Shown here piece by piece: positions 44,906 to 54,421 of a stretch of DNA of 64,000 nucleotides. The notes under the pieces were generated by a model, which saw only the letters and a program-made list of their open reading frames with translations, made no database searches and was not told the DNA's origin. Position 1 is the stretch's first letter; every line of letters starts with the position of its first letter. Both the position numbers and the translations under genes were made by a program. Origin of the DNA: Verrucomicrobiota bacterium (GTDB lineage Bacteria > Verrucomicrobiota > Verrucomicrobiia > Limisphaerales > SIBE01); the NCBI GenBank assembly GCA_021733945.1, contig JAIPJX010000003.1, positions 16,493 through 80,492 of the forward strand. Reading direction: 5' to 3'.

Positions 44906-47059
44906 ATGAATGGTTCGATGATTCTCGGTGTGTGCAGCGGCTTGTTGGCGGTCCTGCTGGCTTTGGCCGCCTTCTTTCGCACGCACTGGTCCGTGCCGCG
45001 GACCTGTTTTGTGGCGGGAATGGGGTTGCTGGCAGCGGATTCCATGCTCGGTGCATTGGCCGCCGATGCCTTGCGTCCGGATCAGGCTGTTGGCTGGGTG
45101 CGGTGGAAGCTCGTCACCCTGTCTCTGTTGCCGGCCGTTTGGCTGCCTTTCAGTTTGAGCTATGCGCGCGGGAGCGATCGTCAATGGTTTGCGCGGTGGC
45201 GGATCTGGCCGGCCCTGGTGTGCCTGGCTCCGATCGCCGTGAGTCTGCTGTTCTTCGGGAGGTTGCTTGGTCCGATCCTGCAGAAGGAGACGTTCGGCCA
45301 GTGGGCGGTGAGCCTGAATGCGCCCGGCCTTGCATTGAGCCTATTGGTTTTGGTCAGCGCCATCCTGATCCTGATGAATCTGGAGTTTACGTTTCGTGCG
45401 GCGGTGGGGACCATGCGATGGCGGATCAAGTTCATGATCCTGGGTGTCGGTTTGGTGTTTGTCGTCCATGCCTATACGTGCAGCGAAACCCTCTTGTTCC
45501 GCGCCGTGGATCTTTCGCTGCAAGGTGTCAACTCCGGCGCGCTCCTGCTCGGTTGCCTGCTGGTGGGGCGTTCGCTCATGCGCATGGGCCACTTCGAGGT
45601 CGATGTTTATCCCTCCCAGGCGGTTCTCCACAGCTCGCTCACCGTGTTGCTGGCGGGCGCCTATCTGATGGCTGTGGGGGTGTTTGCCAAGGGCGTCGCC
45701 GTTCTGGGCGGAGATTTTACGCTCCAAATCAGGGTGTTCCTCGGCTTGGTTTCGTTGGTGGTGCTGGCCATTCTCTTGCTGTCGGATCGGGTGCGGTTGC
45801 ATATCCGGCGCTTCATCAGCCGCCATTTTCAACGCCCTCAGTTCGACTATCGTACGTTGTGGAAAACTTTTACCGAGGGAACGGTGCGTCGATTGGAACA
45901 AACGGATTTGTGTAATGCGATCGTCAAGCTGATCTCGGCCACCTTTCAGACTCTTTCGGTCACGATCTGGCTCGTGGACGAACTGAAAGAAAGGCTGCTA
46001 TTCGGGGCTTCCACCTCGCTTTCTCCGGAAAGCGCCGGACGGTTCGTGGATGACACGGCGGCCGCGGCATCGGCAATCAAGGCATTGAGCGAGGGGCACC
46101 GACCGGTTGATCTCGATGGCGCGCGGGAAAGTTGGGCGGCGGTTATCCGGAGGTTGCACCCCGAGGAGTTTCGGAAGGGCGGGAACCGGCTTGCTGTTCC
46201 CCTGATGGCCGGCGAGGAACTTCTGGGTGTGATGTTGTTGGGAGACCGGGTGGGCGGGGTCTCGTTCTCGATGCAGGATCTGGATGTCCTCACCTCCATA
46301 GGCGAACAGGCGGCCGCCAGCCTGCTCAACATCCGTCTGTCCCAGAGCCTGGCTCATGCGAAACAACTCGAGGCGTTTCAGGCCATGTCCGCATTTTTTG
46401 TCCACGACCTGAAGAATGCGACCTCCACGCTCTCCCTCATGCTCAAGAATCTCCCGGTTCATTTTGCCGATCCCAATTTTCGGGAGGACGCGCTGCGCGG
46501 AATTGGCCGGACCGTCACCTACCTGAATGACCTCATAGACCGACTGGGTCTCATTCGGCGGGAACTGACCATCCAACCCGTCGCGTGCGACCTGAATGCG
46601 GTGGTCCTGGAGGCGTTAACCTGCCTCGACGGTGGACCCGAAATTGAATTGGTCAAGGAACTCCGGCCCTTGCCCAGGGTGATGGTGGACCCCGCACAAA
46701 TGCGGACCGTCGTGACGAATCTCGCCCTCAACGCCCGCGATGCGTCGGGGCTCGGCGGGCGGATCACCGTGAGCACCAGCCGCCAAAACAACCACGTCGT
46801 CCTTTCTTTCGCGGACAACGGGTGCGGGATGAGTCCGGAATTCGTGCGGGATTCCCTGTTCCGTCCATTTACGACCACGAAGAAGAACGGCATCGGCATC
46901 GGAATGTTTCAGTGCAGGATCATGGTTGAAGCCAATCGGGGCCGCATCGAGGTCGCCAGCCAGCCCGGCAAGGGCACCACCTTCCGAGTCCTGATCCCGG
47001 CCCACGGTAACTCTGAACTGAAGCCCCCGACAACAAGGCCACCCGCAAAAACGTCATAG
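44906..47059 (+). CDS. prsK: PEP-CTERM-system sensor histidine kinase
   Basis: About 300-aa multi-TM N-terminus, a GAF-like middle region, H-box FFVHDLKNATSTL and HATPase_c N/G boxes (NLALNARDA, DNGCGM, GIGIGMF, GKGTTF). Confidence 0.8.
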   Translation: MNGSMILGVCSGLLAVLLALAAFFRTHWSVPRTCFVAGMGLLAADSMLGALAADALRPDQAVGWVRWKLVTLSLLPAVWLPFSLSYARGSDRQWFARWRIWPALVCLAPIAVSLLFFGRLLGPILQKETFGQWAVSLNAPGLALSLLVLVSAILILMNLEFTFRAAVGTMRWRIKFMILGVGLVFVVHAYTCSETLLFRAVDLSLQGVNSGALLLGCLLVGRSLMRMGHFEVDVYPSQAVLHSSLTVLLAGAYLMAVGVFAKGVAVLGGDFTLQIRVFLGLVSLVVLAILLLSDRVRLHIRRFISRHFQRPQFDYRTLWKTFTEGTVRRLEQTDLCNAIVKLISATFQTLSVTIWLVDELKERLLFGASTSLSPESAGRFVDDTAAAASAIKALSEGHRPVDLDGARESWAAVIRRLHPEEFRKGGNRLAVPLMAGEELLGVMLLGDRVGGVSFSMQDLDVLTSIGEQAAASLLNIRLSQSLAHAKQLEAFQAMSAFFVHDLKNATSTLSLMLKNLPVHFADPNFREDALRGIGRTVTYLNDLIDRLGLIRRELTIQPVACDLNAVVLEALTCLDGGPEIELVKELRPLPRVMVDPAQMRTVVTNLALNARDASGLGGRITVSTSRQNNHVVLSFADNGCGMSPEFVRDSLFRPFTTTKKNGIGIGMFQCRIMVEANRGRIEVASQPGKGTTFRVLIPAHGNSELKPPTTRPPAKTS

Positions 47060-47088
47060 CCCGGCACTCCAGGCACGCGCGCCCTCAA

Positions 47089-48441
47089 ATGAAATCCAAA
47101 CTCCTCATTGTTGACGACGACGAAGAAATCCGCACCCAGATGAAATGGGCCCTCAGTCAGGATTATGACGTGATCCTGGCAGGGGATCGGCCATCGGCGT
47201 GCCAGGCGTTCCGGTTACACCGGCCGCCGGTGGCGTTGCTTGACCTCGGTCTTCCACCCCAACCGGCCGGGACCCAGGAGGGATTCGCCGCCCTGGGCGA
47301 CATGCTGTCCGAGGACGGCCTGGCCAAGGTCATCATCCTTACCGGCCAGGGCGAAAGGAAGAACGCCCTCCAGGCAATCGGCTCGGGGGCGTTCGATTTG
47401 TTGACCAAACCTGTGGATTTGGAGGGGCTCAAAGTCATCCTGAGAAGGAGCTTTCACATCGCCGGATTGGAACGCGACCTCCGTGGATTGGATGAGCGTT
47501 CGCCGCAAAACACCTTTGAAGGCATGCTCGGCTCCAGCCGGCAGATGCGGGCCCTGTTTGGATCGATCGGCAAAGTCGCCGCGACCGATGCTCCCGTGTT
47601 GATTTTGGGTGAGAGTGGGACGGGTAAGGAGATGGCTGCCCTGGCGGTTCATCGTCGGAGTGCACGCAGGAACGGTCCCTTCGTGGCCATCAACTGCGGT
47701 GCCATTCCCGAAAACCTCCTGGAAAGTGAATTGTTCGGTCACGAAAAGGGTTCGTTCACCGGGGCCCACATCCAGCGCAAGGGGCTTTTCGAGTGCGCCA
47801 CCGGCGGCTCCCTGTTCCTGGATGAAATCGGGGAAATTCCCCTGGCGCTGCAGGTGAAGTTGCTGCGTTTCCTCCAGGAGCAATCCATCGAACGGGTCGG
47901 TGGCCGTCAGGCCATCGCGGTGGATGCGCGCGTCATCGCCGCGACGAACGCCGATCTTACCGAAGCGATCGGCAGCGGGCGATTCCGGGAGGATCTGTAC
48001 TACCGCCTCGCGGTCGTGGTGCTCCGCTTGCCGGCATTGCGGGATCGCGAGAATGATGTGTGTTTGCTCGCGCAGGAGTTCCTGCGGCGGTCGGCGGAAG
48101 AAGCAGGCAAGCCCGGGTTGGTTTTCGACCAGAACGCCCTGAAGGCGTTGAGCTGCCATCCCTGGCCGGGGAATGTCCGTGAGTTGGAGAATCGGATCCG
48201 ACGCTCGGTGATCATGGCCGACGGAAAACGCCTTTCGGACCGTGATCTTGAACTGGACAACCACTCCAAGGAAACATCGGTGGTCAGCCTCAAGGCGGCC
48301 CGCGAATCCGTGGAACGTGAGATCATCACCCAGGCTCTGCGCAAACACGCGGGCAACATCGCCGCGGCGGCGGCCGAGCTGGGAGTGAGCCGTCCCACGG
48401 TCTACGAATTGATGAACAAGCTTCGGATCACCAAGGGGTGA
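47089..48441 (+). CDS. prsR: Sigma54-dependent response regulator (NtrC family; PEP-CTERM-box regulator)
   Basis: Receiver domain (LLIVDDDEEI...ALLDLGLPP), AAA+ sigma54-interaction domain (ILGESGTGKE, GSFTGA = GAFTGA variant, LFLDEIGE, RFREDLYYRL) and a C-terminal Fis-type HTH (AAAELGVSRPTVYELMNKL). Confidence 0.9.
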   Translation: MKSKLLIVDDDEEIRTQMKWALSQDYDVILAGDRPSACQAFRLHRPPVALLDLGLPPQPAGTQEGFAALGDMLSEDGLAKVIILTGQGERKNALQAIGSGAFDLLTKPVDLEGLKVILRRSFHIAGLERDLRGLDERSPQNTFEGMLGSSRQMRALFGSIGKVAATDAPVLILGESGTGKEMAALAVHRRSARRNGPFVAINCGAIPENLLESELFGHEKGSFTGAHIQRKGLFECATGGSLFLDEIGEIPLALQVKLLRFLQEQSIERVGGRQAIAVDARVIAATNADLTEAIGSGRFREDLYYRLAVVVLRLPALRDRENDVCLLAQEFLRRSAEEAGKPGLVFDQNALKALSCHPWPGNVRELENRIRRSVIMADGKRLSDRDLELDNHSKETSVVSLKAARESVEREIITQALRKHAGNIAAAAAELGVSRPTVYELMNKLRITKG

Positions 48442-48454
48442 CCCGCCTCCGGCA

Positions 48455-49132
48455 TCAGAACCAGGTGAAACGTTCCGGAACGTAGATGACGTCGCCCGGC
48501 TGCAGTTGAAAAGGCATGTCCTCCTTGCCCTTGAGGATTTGCTTGAAATCAAGCCGGAAGCGCCTGTAACGGTCCTCCTGCCGGATAATCGTCACTGCCT
48601 TGAGATTGGCCTTGCTGTAGTCAAACCCGCCCGCCTCCATGATGGCCCCCATGGCGGTCATGGGTCGATCCGACATCAGTTTGCCCGGACGGAGGACTGC
48701 TCCGGTCACGAAGATCGGGAAACTGGAGGACAAGACGGTCACATTGACTGCTTTGGTCTGGAGTTGCGAACCGAACACCTTGATCAATTCCTGTTCCATG
48801 GACCCGGGGGTTAGTCCCACCGCCTTGAATTCTCCGAGCGTGGGAAGCGAGATCCTTCCATCACGCCGGATTTGTTGGGTGGTTTCGAGATCGGGCGCGC
48901 CGGGAAAGGATATTTTTACGGTGTCGCCTTCGCTCAGCTGGACCACCTCCGACGGCGTCGCTTGTCCGTCGGGAAGTTTGCTTGTGTCATGGGGTGTCCG
49001 GCAGCCTGTGGCACTCAACCACAAAAACACAGCGAGCATTGCCACGCTCGCGACGGGATTGGGGTTGCGGCCCCAGGTTCCAGTTTTCCGTCGGACCCGG
49101 CATCCGGGGTATCCACGCGAATCGTTCTTCAT
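48455..49132 (-). CDS. Wza-type polysaccharide export lipoprotein (Poly_export + SLBB)
   Basis: Lipobox-like LWLSATGC; then LSEGDTVKISFPG.PDL......IRRDGRISLPTLGEFKAVGLTP..ME.EL and VFVTGAVLRPGK......MTAMGAIMEAGGF. Convergent with prsR, with 13 nt between the stop codons. Confidence 0.85.
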   Translation of the reverse strand: MKNDSRGYPGCRVRRKTGTWGRNPNPVASVAMLAVFLWLSATGCRTPHDTSKLPDGQATPSEVVQLSEGDTVKISFPGAPDLETTQQIRRDGRISLPTLGEFKAVGLTPGSMEQELIKVFGSQLQTKAVNVTVLSSSFPIFVTGAVLRPGKLMSDRPMTAMGAIMEAGGFDYSKANLKAVTIIRQEDRYRRFRLDFKQILKGKEDMPFQLQPGDVIYVPERFTWF

Positions 49133-49298
49133 CCGTCTAATTTAGTGAATGTTCCTCCACGGCGCCAATTGAATTTCTTATTCTCTCTGAACCGCGGCCC
49201 GAGGCTGGCCTGCCTGCCCGTGTTGTCCCTTGAACCATCCGTCTTTGATGGTGGTTTTGGAGAGGGCCTTCTTTCGAATACCTCCACAAAAAAAGAAT

Positions 49299-52200
49299 AT
49301 GAACAAGCTGAACAATCTCTTCTCGGGAAGGAAGTCCGTCGTTGTTGAATGGATCCGCGCGGCCGGACTCGGCCTTGCGATTTGTGTTTCGGCTTTCGCC
49401 GCTGCCCCCATCAATGACAGCGTTGCGAGCCGAATCGCTTTGACCGAGGCCACCAACGTCTTTGATGGCTCGAACATCGACGCCACCAGGGAGGCCGGGG
49501 AACCGCTCCATTCGGGAAATGCCGGAGGCAGGTCCGTCTGGTTCAGTTGGACCGCCACCACCAACGGTGGACTCGTCAGAATCGAGGTCTCCGGAAGTTC
49601 GTTTGAAAAACTTCTGGGCGTTTACCGGAACCCACCCGTCTCGAGCCTGACCCAGGTGGCCGCGGATCATGATAGCGGCATGACATTGACAAATCGGGTT
49701 GCTTTTCTCCCCGTCGAGGGGCGGGAATACTACATCGCGGTGGACGGCAAAAACGGGGCGAGCGGTAAATTCCGGCTCTCCCTCGTCCACGAGGTTCCCT
49801 CGGGACTCCAGATCGTCGAGCACCCGGTTTCGATGACCACCACGGAGGGTGGTCCGGCGACGCTGAGTGTCGTGGCAGTCGGCGAGCGGCCTGTTTTGTA
49901 TCAATGGGTGAAAGACGGGGTGGTGATTGCAGGTGCAACCGATTCAACCCTGCAGATCTCCGATGCGCAGGCCTCGGACGCCGGAAGCTACCAGGTCATT
50001 GTCCGCAACGCGGTCGCATCGCTGACCAGTTCCAACGCGGTGTTGAGCCTGTCCATACCCTACACCTTCAGCCTTTTGGCCGGCCGACCGGGCGAGCCCG
50101 GCGTGGCTGATGGAGATCCGGGCACGGCCAGATTCAACGCGCCGACGGCGCTTGCGATTGACAGGGAAGGCAACCTCCTGGTGGCCGACACCGGCAATCA
50201 TCTGATTCGAAGAATCAGATCGGATGGCGCTGTCAGCACGGTTGCGGGAAGAGCCGGATCCTCAGGGTCGGTGGATGGGCCTCGAACGACCGCCCAGTTC
50301 AACCGCCCGGCGGGATTGGCCGTGGACTCGGGTGGGAACGTTTTCGTGCTGGATGCCGGAAATTCGACGATCCGAAAGATAAGCCCCGCCGGAGCGGTGA
50401 CCACGTGGGCGGGCCAGTCCGGAGTGTTGGGCAGCACAGACGGCCTGGGAACCAATGCCCGCTTCGCCAACCCGTCCTCGTTGACCGCCGGTCCCGCGAA
50501 CGAACTCTATGTCACAGACACGGGCAATCAGACCATTCGCAAAGTCAGCGTGAACGGGGCGGTCACAACCTTCGCCGGCCTGCCTGTCGCCATGGGAAGT
50601 CAGGATGGCGTTGGGACTGGAGCGCGCTTCCAAGGCCCGGCCGGAATAGCCACGGATTCCCTGGGTAACATTTATGTGACCGAAACCGAAAATCAGCTTC
50701 TGCGCAGGCTTACTCCGGACTCGATCGTGTCGACAGTCGCCGGGTTTACGCGCGCGGCGGGAAGTCGGGATGGAATGGGAGCCGCCGCCCGATTTACCAA
50801 TGCCCGGGCGGTGGCGACGGACACTTCGGAGAATGTTTACGTCGCCGACACCGGGAATGACACGTTGCGCAAGGTCACTCCGGATGGGGTTGTGACGACC
50901 ATCGCGGGGGAGGCGGGGGTCGTTGGGATTACGACAAATCAATTTGGCGTTGCGGCGCGGCTCAACGCACCGGCGGGGGTCGCGGTCGATTCGTCGGGAG
51001 TCGTGTTCCTCGCGGACACGGGCAATCACGCCATTCTTCGCGGGATCCCGCTGGCGGTGACCGTTCCCCCGGAGGGACAGCATGTGGCGTCAGGAACCCC
51101 GGTCACCCTCTCGGTCAAGGCTGCGGGTGCCCCACCTTTGGCGTTTCAGTGGCTCAAGGATGGCGTTGAGGTGGTGGGGGCGAGGGATTCGGCATTGGTC
51201 CTTTCGGACGTGCGCACCAATGACTCCGGCACGTATTCGGTGAAGGTGAGCAACGAGATCGGCAGTGTCACGAGCCGCGCGGCTCTCCTGGTGGTGCTCG
51301 ATGCTCCAGTCATTGCAGCGCAACCGACGAGCCAGACCGTGGAGCAGGGAGGGTCCCTCGCTCTTTCGGTGGCAGTCTCGGGCAGTCTCCCTTTGGATTA
51401 TCAATGGCGGAGAGACGGGATCGCGATTCCTGGCGAAACGGCTCCAACACTGACGGTCAGGAACGTCCAGCCATCGGCGAGCGGCCTCTATAGCCTTTCG
51501 GTCAGCAACTCCGTCGGAGTCGCGTTCACGTCCGACATCGCGGTCACGGTGTCGTTCCCACCGCATATTCTCTCCCAACCCGCCAGTCAAACGTTCGTCA
51601 TCGGCACGAATCTGACCCTGCGTGCCTCCGTGGGCGGCTCCGCCCCGCTCGCTTACCAATGGCTGCGCGATGGCATTGCCCTGCCGGGGGCGACCAACGC
51701 CGAGTTGACCGTGGCCGTCCCCCAAATCAGCGACGCTGGGAACTACAGCCTGACCATTGTCAACAGCCTGGGTGCCGCGACAACCACGAATGCCCTGATT
51801 CAGGTGGTGCCTCCCGTCAGCCTGGTCACGGCGGCGGGCGAGCCGTTACAGCAGGGAAGCGCCAATGGAAAAATCGGCACCCCGGCCCTGTTCTCCTATC
51901 CGATCGGTATTGCGGTCGATGCGACCGGAAACAAGTTCATCGCCGATTCCCTCAATCATACCATCCGCCGGATTGACGCCGACGGACTGGTAACCACTCT
52001 GGCAGGCGTTCCTGGTGCGGCTGGAAATGACGATGGCGCCGGAGGGGCGGCCCGGTTTAACGGACCCCAGGGAGTGGCTGTGGATGCCGAAGGAAACATT
52101 CTGGTGGCGGACTCCGGAAACCACACCATCCGCCGCATAACACCCGACGGCCAGGTCTCAACGCTGGCTGGCTCGCCGGGCTCGCCGGGCGCCTCGGATG

Positions 52201-54311
52201 GCGTCGGATTGGTCGCTCGCTTCACCTATCCGTACGCGCTGACCGTTGGACCCTCCGGTGATATTTTTGTCGCGGACACCGGGAACAGCACGATCCGAAG
52301 AATCACTGCCAACGGTTTTGTGACCACGTTTGCCGGAGCCGCTGGAATTACTGGAAGCGCCGATGGTGCCGGCAGCGACGCACGCTTCCGAAGTCCGTCC
52401 GGGTTGACAGTGGACTCGGCCGGAACCCTGTATGTTGCGGATACGGACAATCACCTCATACGAACGATCTCGGTCGATGGGGCGGTGGTGACGATTGCCG
52501 GTGCCGCGGGTGAGCTGGGCTCCTCCAACGACACAGGCCTGCAGGCCCGGTTCGCATTTCCCCGGGGGGTGGCTCTGGATTCCGCGGGCAACCTGTTCAT
52601 TGGAGACAGCGAGAACAAGGTGATTCGCGTGATGCAGACCACCGGGATGGTGCGCCTCTTCGCCGGGAGGGTCGGCTTCAGCGGTTCGACCGACGCCCGC
52701 CTGGGGTCTGCGCGCTTTGCGTACCCGGGAGGGCTCGCCATCGATCTCGCGGGTAATCTTCTGGTTGCCGACGCCGTCAATGGCACGATCCGATCTGTGA
52801 CGGGTAACTCCCAGGTCAGCACCGTTGCCGGTGTCGCAGGCTCCTCCGGAAGTGCCGATGGCGTCGCTGCCATTCCGCGTTTCTCGCTCCCTTATGGGGT
52901 CGCGGTGGATCGGGTCGGGAACGTGTACGTCGCGGACGCCGGGAACCATGTCATCAGAAAGATCAACACCGATAACGTGGTGTCAACGCTGGCGGGACTC
53001 GTCGGCACGAGCGGAAGCTCCGACGGGAGCGGATCCGCAGCCCGGTTCAACCAACCGCTCTCCCTCGCCTTGGACGCCTCCGGGAACCTGATCGTGGTCG
53101 ATACCTCGAATCACATCCTTCGCCGGGTGACTCCCGGAGGGCAGGTCACGACTCTGGCTGGATTCCCTGGAAGGACCGGATCGACGGACGGGGTCGGAAG
53201 CGCGGCCCGATTCAACCAGCCATCGAGCGTTAGCGTGGATCCGGCTGGAAATATCTACGTGACGGACAGGGGGAACCACATCGTAAGGAGGGTTACTTCG
53301 GCAGGCGCTGTTTCGACCATCGCTGGAACCACCGAAAGTCCCGGAAGCGCCGATGGCGTTGGTAGGACTGCGAAGTTCTCATCACCGGAAGGAATTGTGG
53401 CCGATCGCAGCACCGGAAATCTCTTCGTCTCGGACACCGGAAATTCGACTGTCCGTCTTATTACGCCCAACGGCACTGTTTCAACATTTGCCGGGACGCC
53501 CGGGGCCGCGGGATTTCAGGACGGAAGCGCGGGAACGGCCAGGTTTGACGGTCCGGTCGGACTGGCCCTGGACGGATCGGGAAACCTGTATGTGGCCGAC
53601 TCGAGCAATCACGTGATTCGCCTGGTGACCCCGTCGGGTTTCGTGCAGACATTGTTTGGTCGTCCGGGCTTGCCTGACTTCACCGACGGACCGGGGACGT
53701 CGGCGCAGCTGAACTTTCCGACGGGATTGTCCCTGGATTTCGCCGGGAATCTACACGTCGCCGACTCGGGGAATCACCTGATCCGCAAGGGACTTCCGTT
53801 CCTCGTCAGAGTTCAGGCCACCAGCGTCACCGCTCTCTCCCGAAATTCCGCCAGGATTGGCGTTACATTGCTCGGATCCGGTCCGTTCTCTCTTCAATGG
53901 TGGAAGGACGGCGCTCCACTCCCGGAGCGGACCAGCCCCACGATCGACTTCGAGAACGTTCAATTGTTGGATCAGGGTGCGTACTCGGCCGTCGTGATCG
54001 GACCGGGCGGGACCATAGAGACGGAGTTGGTGGACCTGAAGGTCACCCCGCGGCTTCTACTTCTGCCGCCGCAGCCGCTCAGTGGAGGAGGATTCCGTAT
54101 CTTCATCCAAACCGAGGACGGTGGATTGCCCGCAGATCCAGGAAGCATCACAATTCAGATCTCCGACTCCATTTCCGATGGCTCTGAGCCGATCTGGTTG
54201 TCCCAGCCGGTCGGGTCAACCACAAGCAATGGCTCCCTGGTCTTCGACGACCCCGACGGGAGCAGCCACCCGTTTCGATTCTACCGGCTGTTGCAGGCGA
54301 CATCGCCGTAG
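49299..54311 (+). CDS. Giant secreted NHL-repeat / Ig-like (I-set) repeat protein
   Basis: Signal peptide (LGLAICVSAFAAAP). N-domain with a REAGEPLHSG motif. Five Ig-like modules each with the Y/LQW.[KR]DG motif. 18 NHL blades ([VI]AD.GNH.IR[RK][IV]) in blocks of 6 and 12. C-terminal module ends ...HPFRFYRLLQATSP. Confidence 0.85.
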   Translation: MNKLNNLFSGRKSVVVEWIRAAGLGLAICVSAFAAAPINDSVASRIALTEATNVFDGSNIDATREAGEPLHSGNAGGRSVWFSWTATTNGGLVRIEVSGSSFEKLLGVYRNPPVSSLTQVAADHDSGMTLTNRVAFLPVEGREYYIAVDGKNGASGKFRLSLVHEVPSGLQIVEHPVSMTTTEGGPATLSVVAVGERPVLYQWVKDGVVIAGATDSTLQISDAQASDAGSYQVIVRNAVASLTSSNAVLSLSIPYTFSLLAGRPGEPGVADGDPGTARFNAPTALAIDREGNLLVADTGNHLIRRIRSDGAVSTVAGRAGSSGSVDGPRTTAQFNRPAGLAVDSGGNVFVLDAGNSTIRKISPAGAVTTWAGQSGVLGSTDGLGTNARFANPSSLTAGPANELYVTDTGNQTIRKVSVNGAVTTFAGLPVAMGSQDGVGTGARFQGPAGIATDSLGNIYVTETENQLLRRLTPDSIVSTVAGFTRAAGSRDGMGAAARFTNARAVATDTSENVYVADTGNDTLRKVTPDGVVTTIAGEAGVVGITTNQFGVAARLNAPAGVAVDSSGVVFLADTGNHAILRGIPLAVTVPPEGQHVASGTPVTLSVKAAGAPPLAFQWLKDGVEVVGARDSALVLSDVRTNDSGTYSVKVSNEIGSVTSRAALLVVLDAPVIAAQPTSQTVEQGGSLALSVAVSGSLPLDYQWRRDGIAIPGETAPTLTVRNVQPSASGLYSLSVSNSVGVAFTSDIAVTVSFPPHILSQPASQTFVIGTNLTLRASVGGSAPLAYQWLRDGIALPGATNAELTVAVPQISDAGNYSLTIVNSLGAATTTNALIQVVPPVSLVTAAGEPLQQGSANGKIGTPALFSYPIGIAVDATGNKFIADSLNHTIRRIDADGLVTTLAGVPGAAGNDDGAGGAARFNGPQGVAVDAEGNILVADSGNHTIRRITPDGQVSTLAGSPGSPGASDGVGLVARFTYPYALTVGPSGDIFVADTGNSTIRRITANGFVTTFAGAAGITGSADGAGSDARFRSPSGLTVDSAGTLYVADTDNHLIRTISVDGAVVTIAGAAGELGSSNDTGLQARFAFPRGVALDSAGNLFIGDSENKVIRVMQTTGMVRLFAGRVGFSGSTDARLGSARFAYPGGLAIDLAGNLLVADAVNGTIRSVTGNSQVSTVAGVAGSSGSADGVAAIPRFSLPYGVAVDRVGNVYVADAGNHVIRKINTDNVVSTLAGLVGTSGSSDGSGSAARFNQPLSLALDASGNLIVVDTSNHILRRVTPGGQVTTLAGFPGRTGSTDGVGSAARFNQPSSVSVDPAGNIYVTDRGNHIVRRVTSAGAVSTIAGTTESPGSADGVGRTAKFSSPEGIVADRSTGNLFVSDTGNSTVRLITPNGTVSTFAGTPGAAGFQDGSAGTARFDGPVGLALDGSGNLYVADSSNHVIRLVTPSGFVQTLFGRPGLPDFTDGPGTSAQLNFPTGLSLDFAGNLHVADSGNHLIRKGLPFLVRVQATSVTALSRNSARIGVTLLGSGPFSLQWWKDGAPLPERTSPTIDFENVQLLDQGAYSAVVIGPGGTIETELVDLKVTPRLLLLPPQPLSGGGFRIFIQTEDGGLPADPGSITIQISDSISDGSEPIWLSQPVGSTTSNGSLVFDDPDGSSHPFRFYRLLQATSP
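50067..51044 (+). repeat. NHL beta-propeller array 1 (6 blades, ~55-aa / 165-nt period)
   Basis: Blade signatures VADTGNHLIRRI, VLDAGNSTIRKI, VTDTGNQTIRKV, VTETENQLLRRL, VADTGNDTLRKV and LADTGNHAILRG, at ORF residues 318, 373, 428, 483, 538 and 594 (track numbering from 49230). Confidence 0.8.
51816..53795 (+). repeat. NHL beta-propeller array 2 (12 blades, 55-aa period; two 6-bladed propellers)
   Basis: Signatures at residues 904, 959, 1014, 1069, 1124, 1179, 1234, 1289, 1344, 1400, 1455 and 1510 (IADSLNHTIRRI ... VADSGNHLIRKG). Confidence 0.8.
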
Positions 54312-54421
54312 AACTTCCCATTCCGGAATACAGGCTCACAGCCGACGATCCGGATCGGCTTCAGTACCGCGCAACACGATCCAGCCGTGCCGGACGTTGT
54401 TCGCGATGTCCTCATCGATTC

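Noticed and set aside
47215-48552. 445-aa minus-strand ORF
   Set aside because: Antisense to prsR, which has unambiguous receiver, AAA+ and HTH motifs, and it runs into the Wza-like gene. Shadow ORF.
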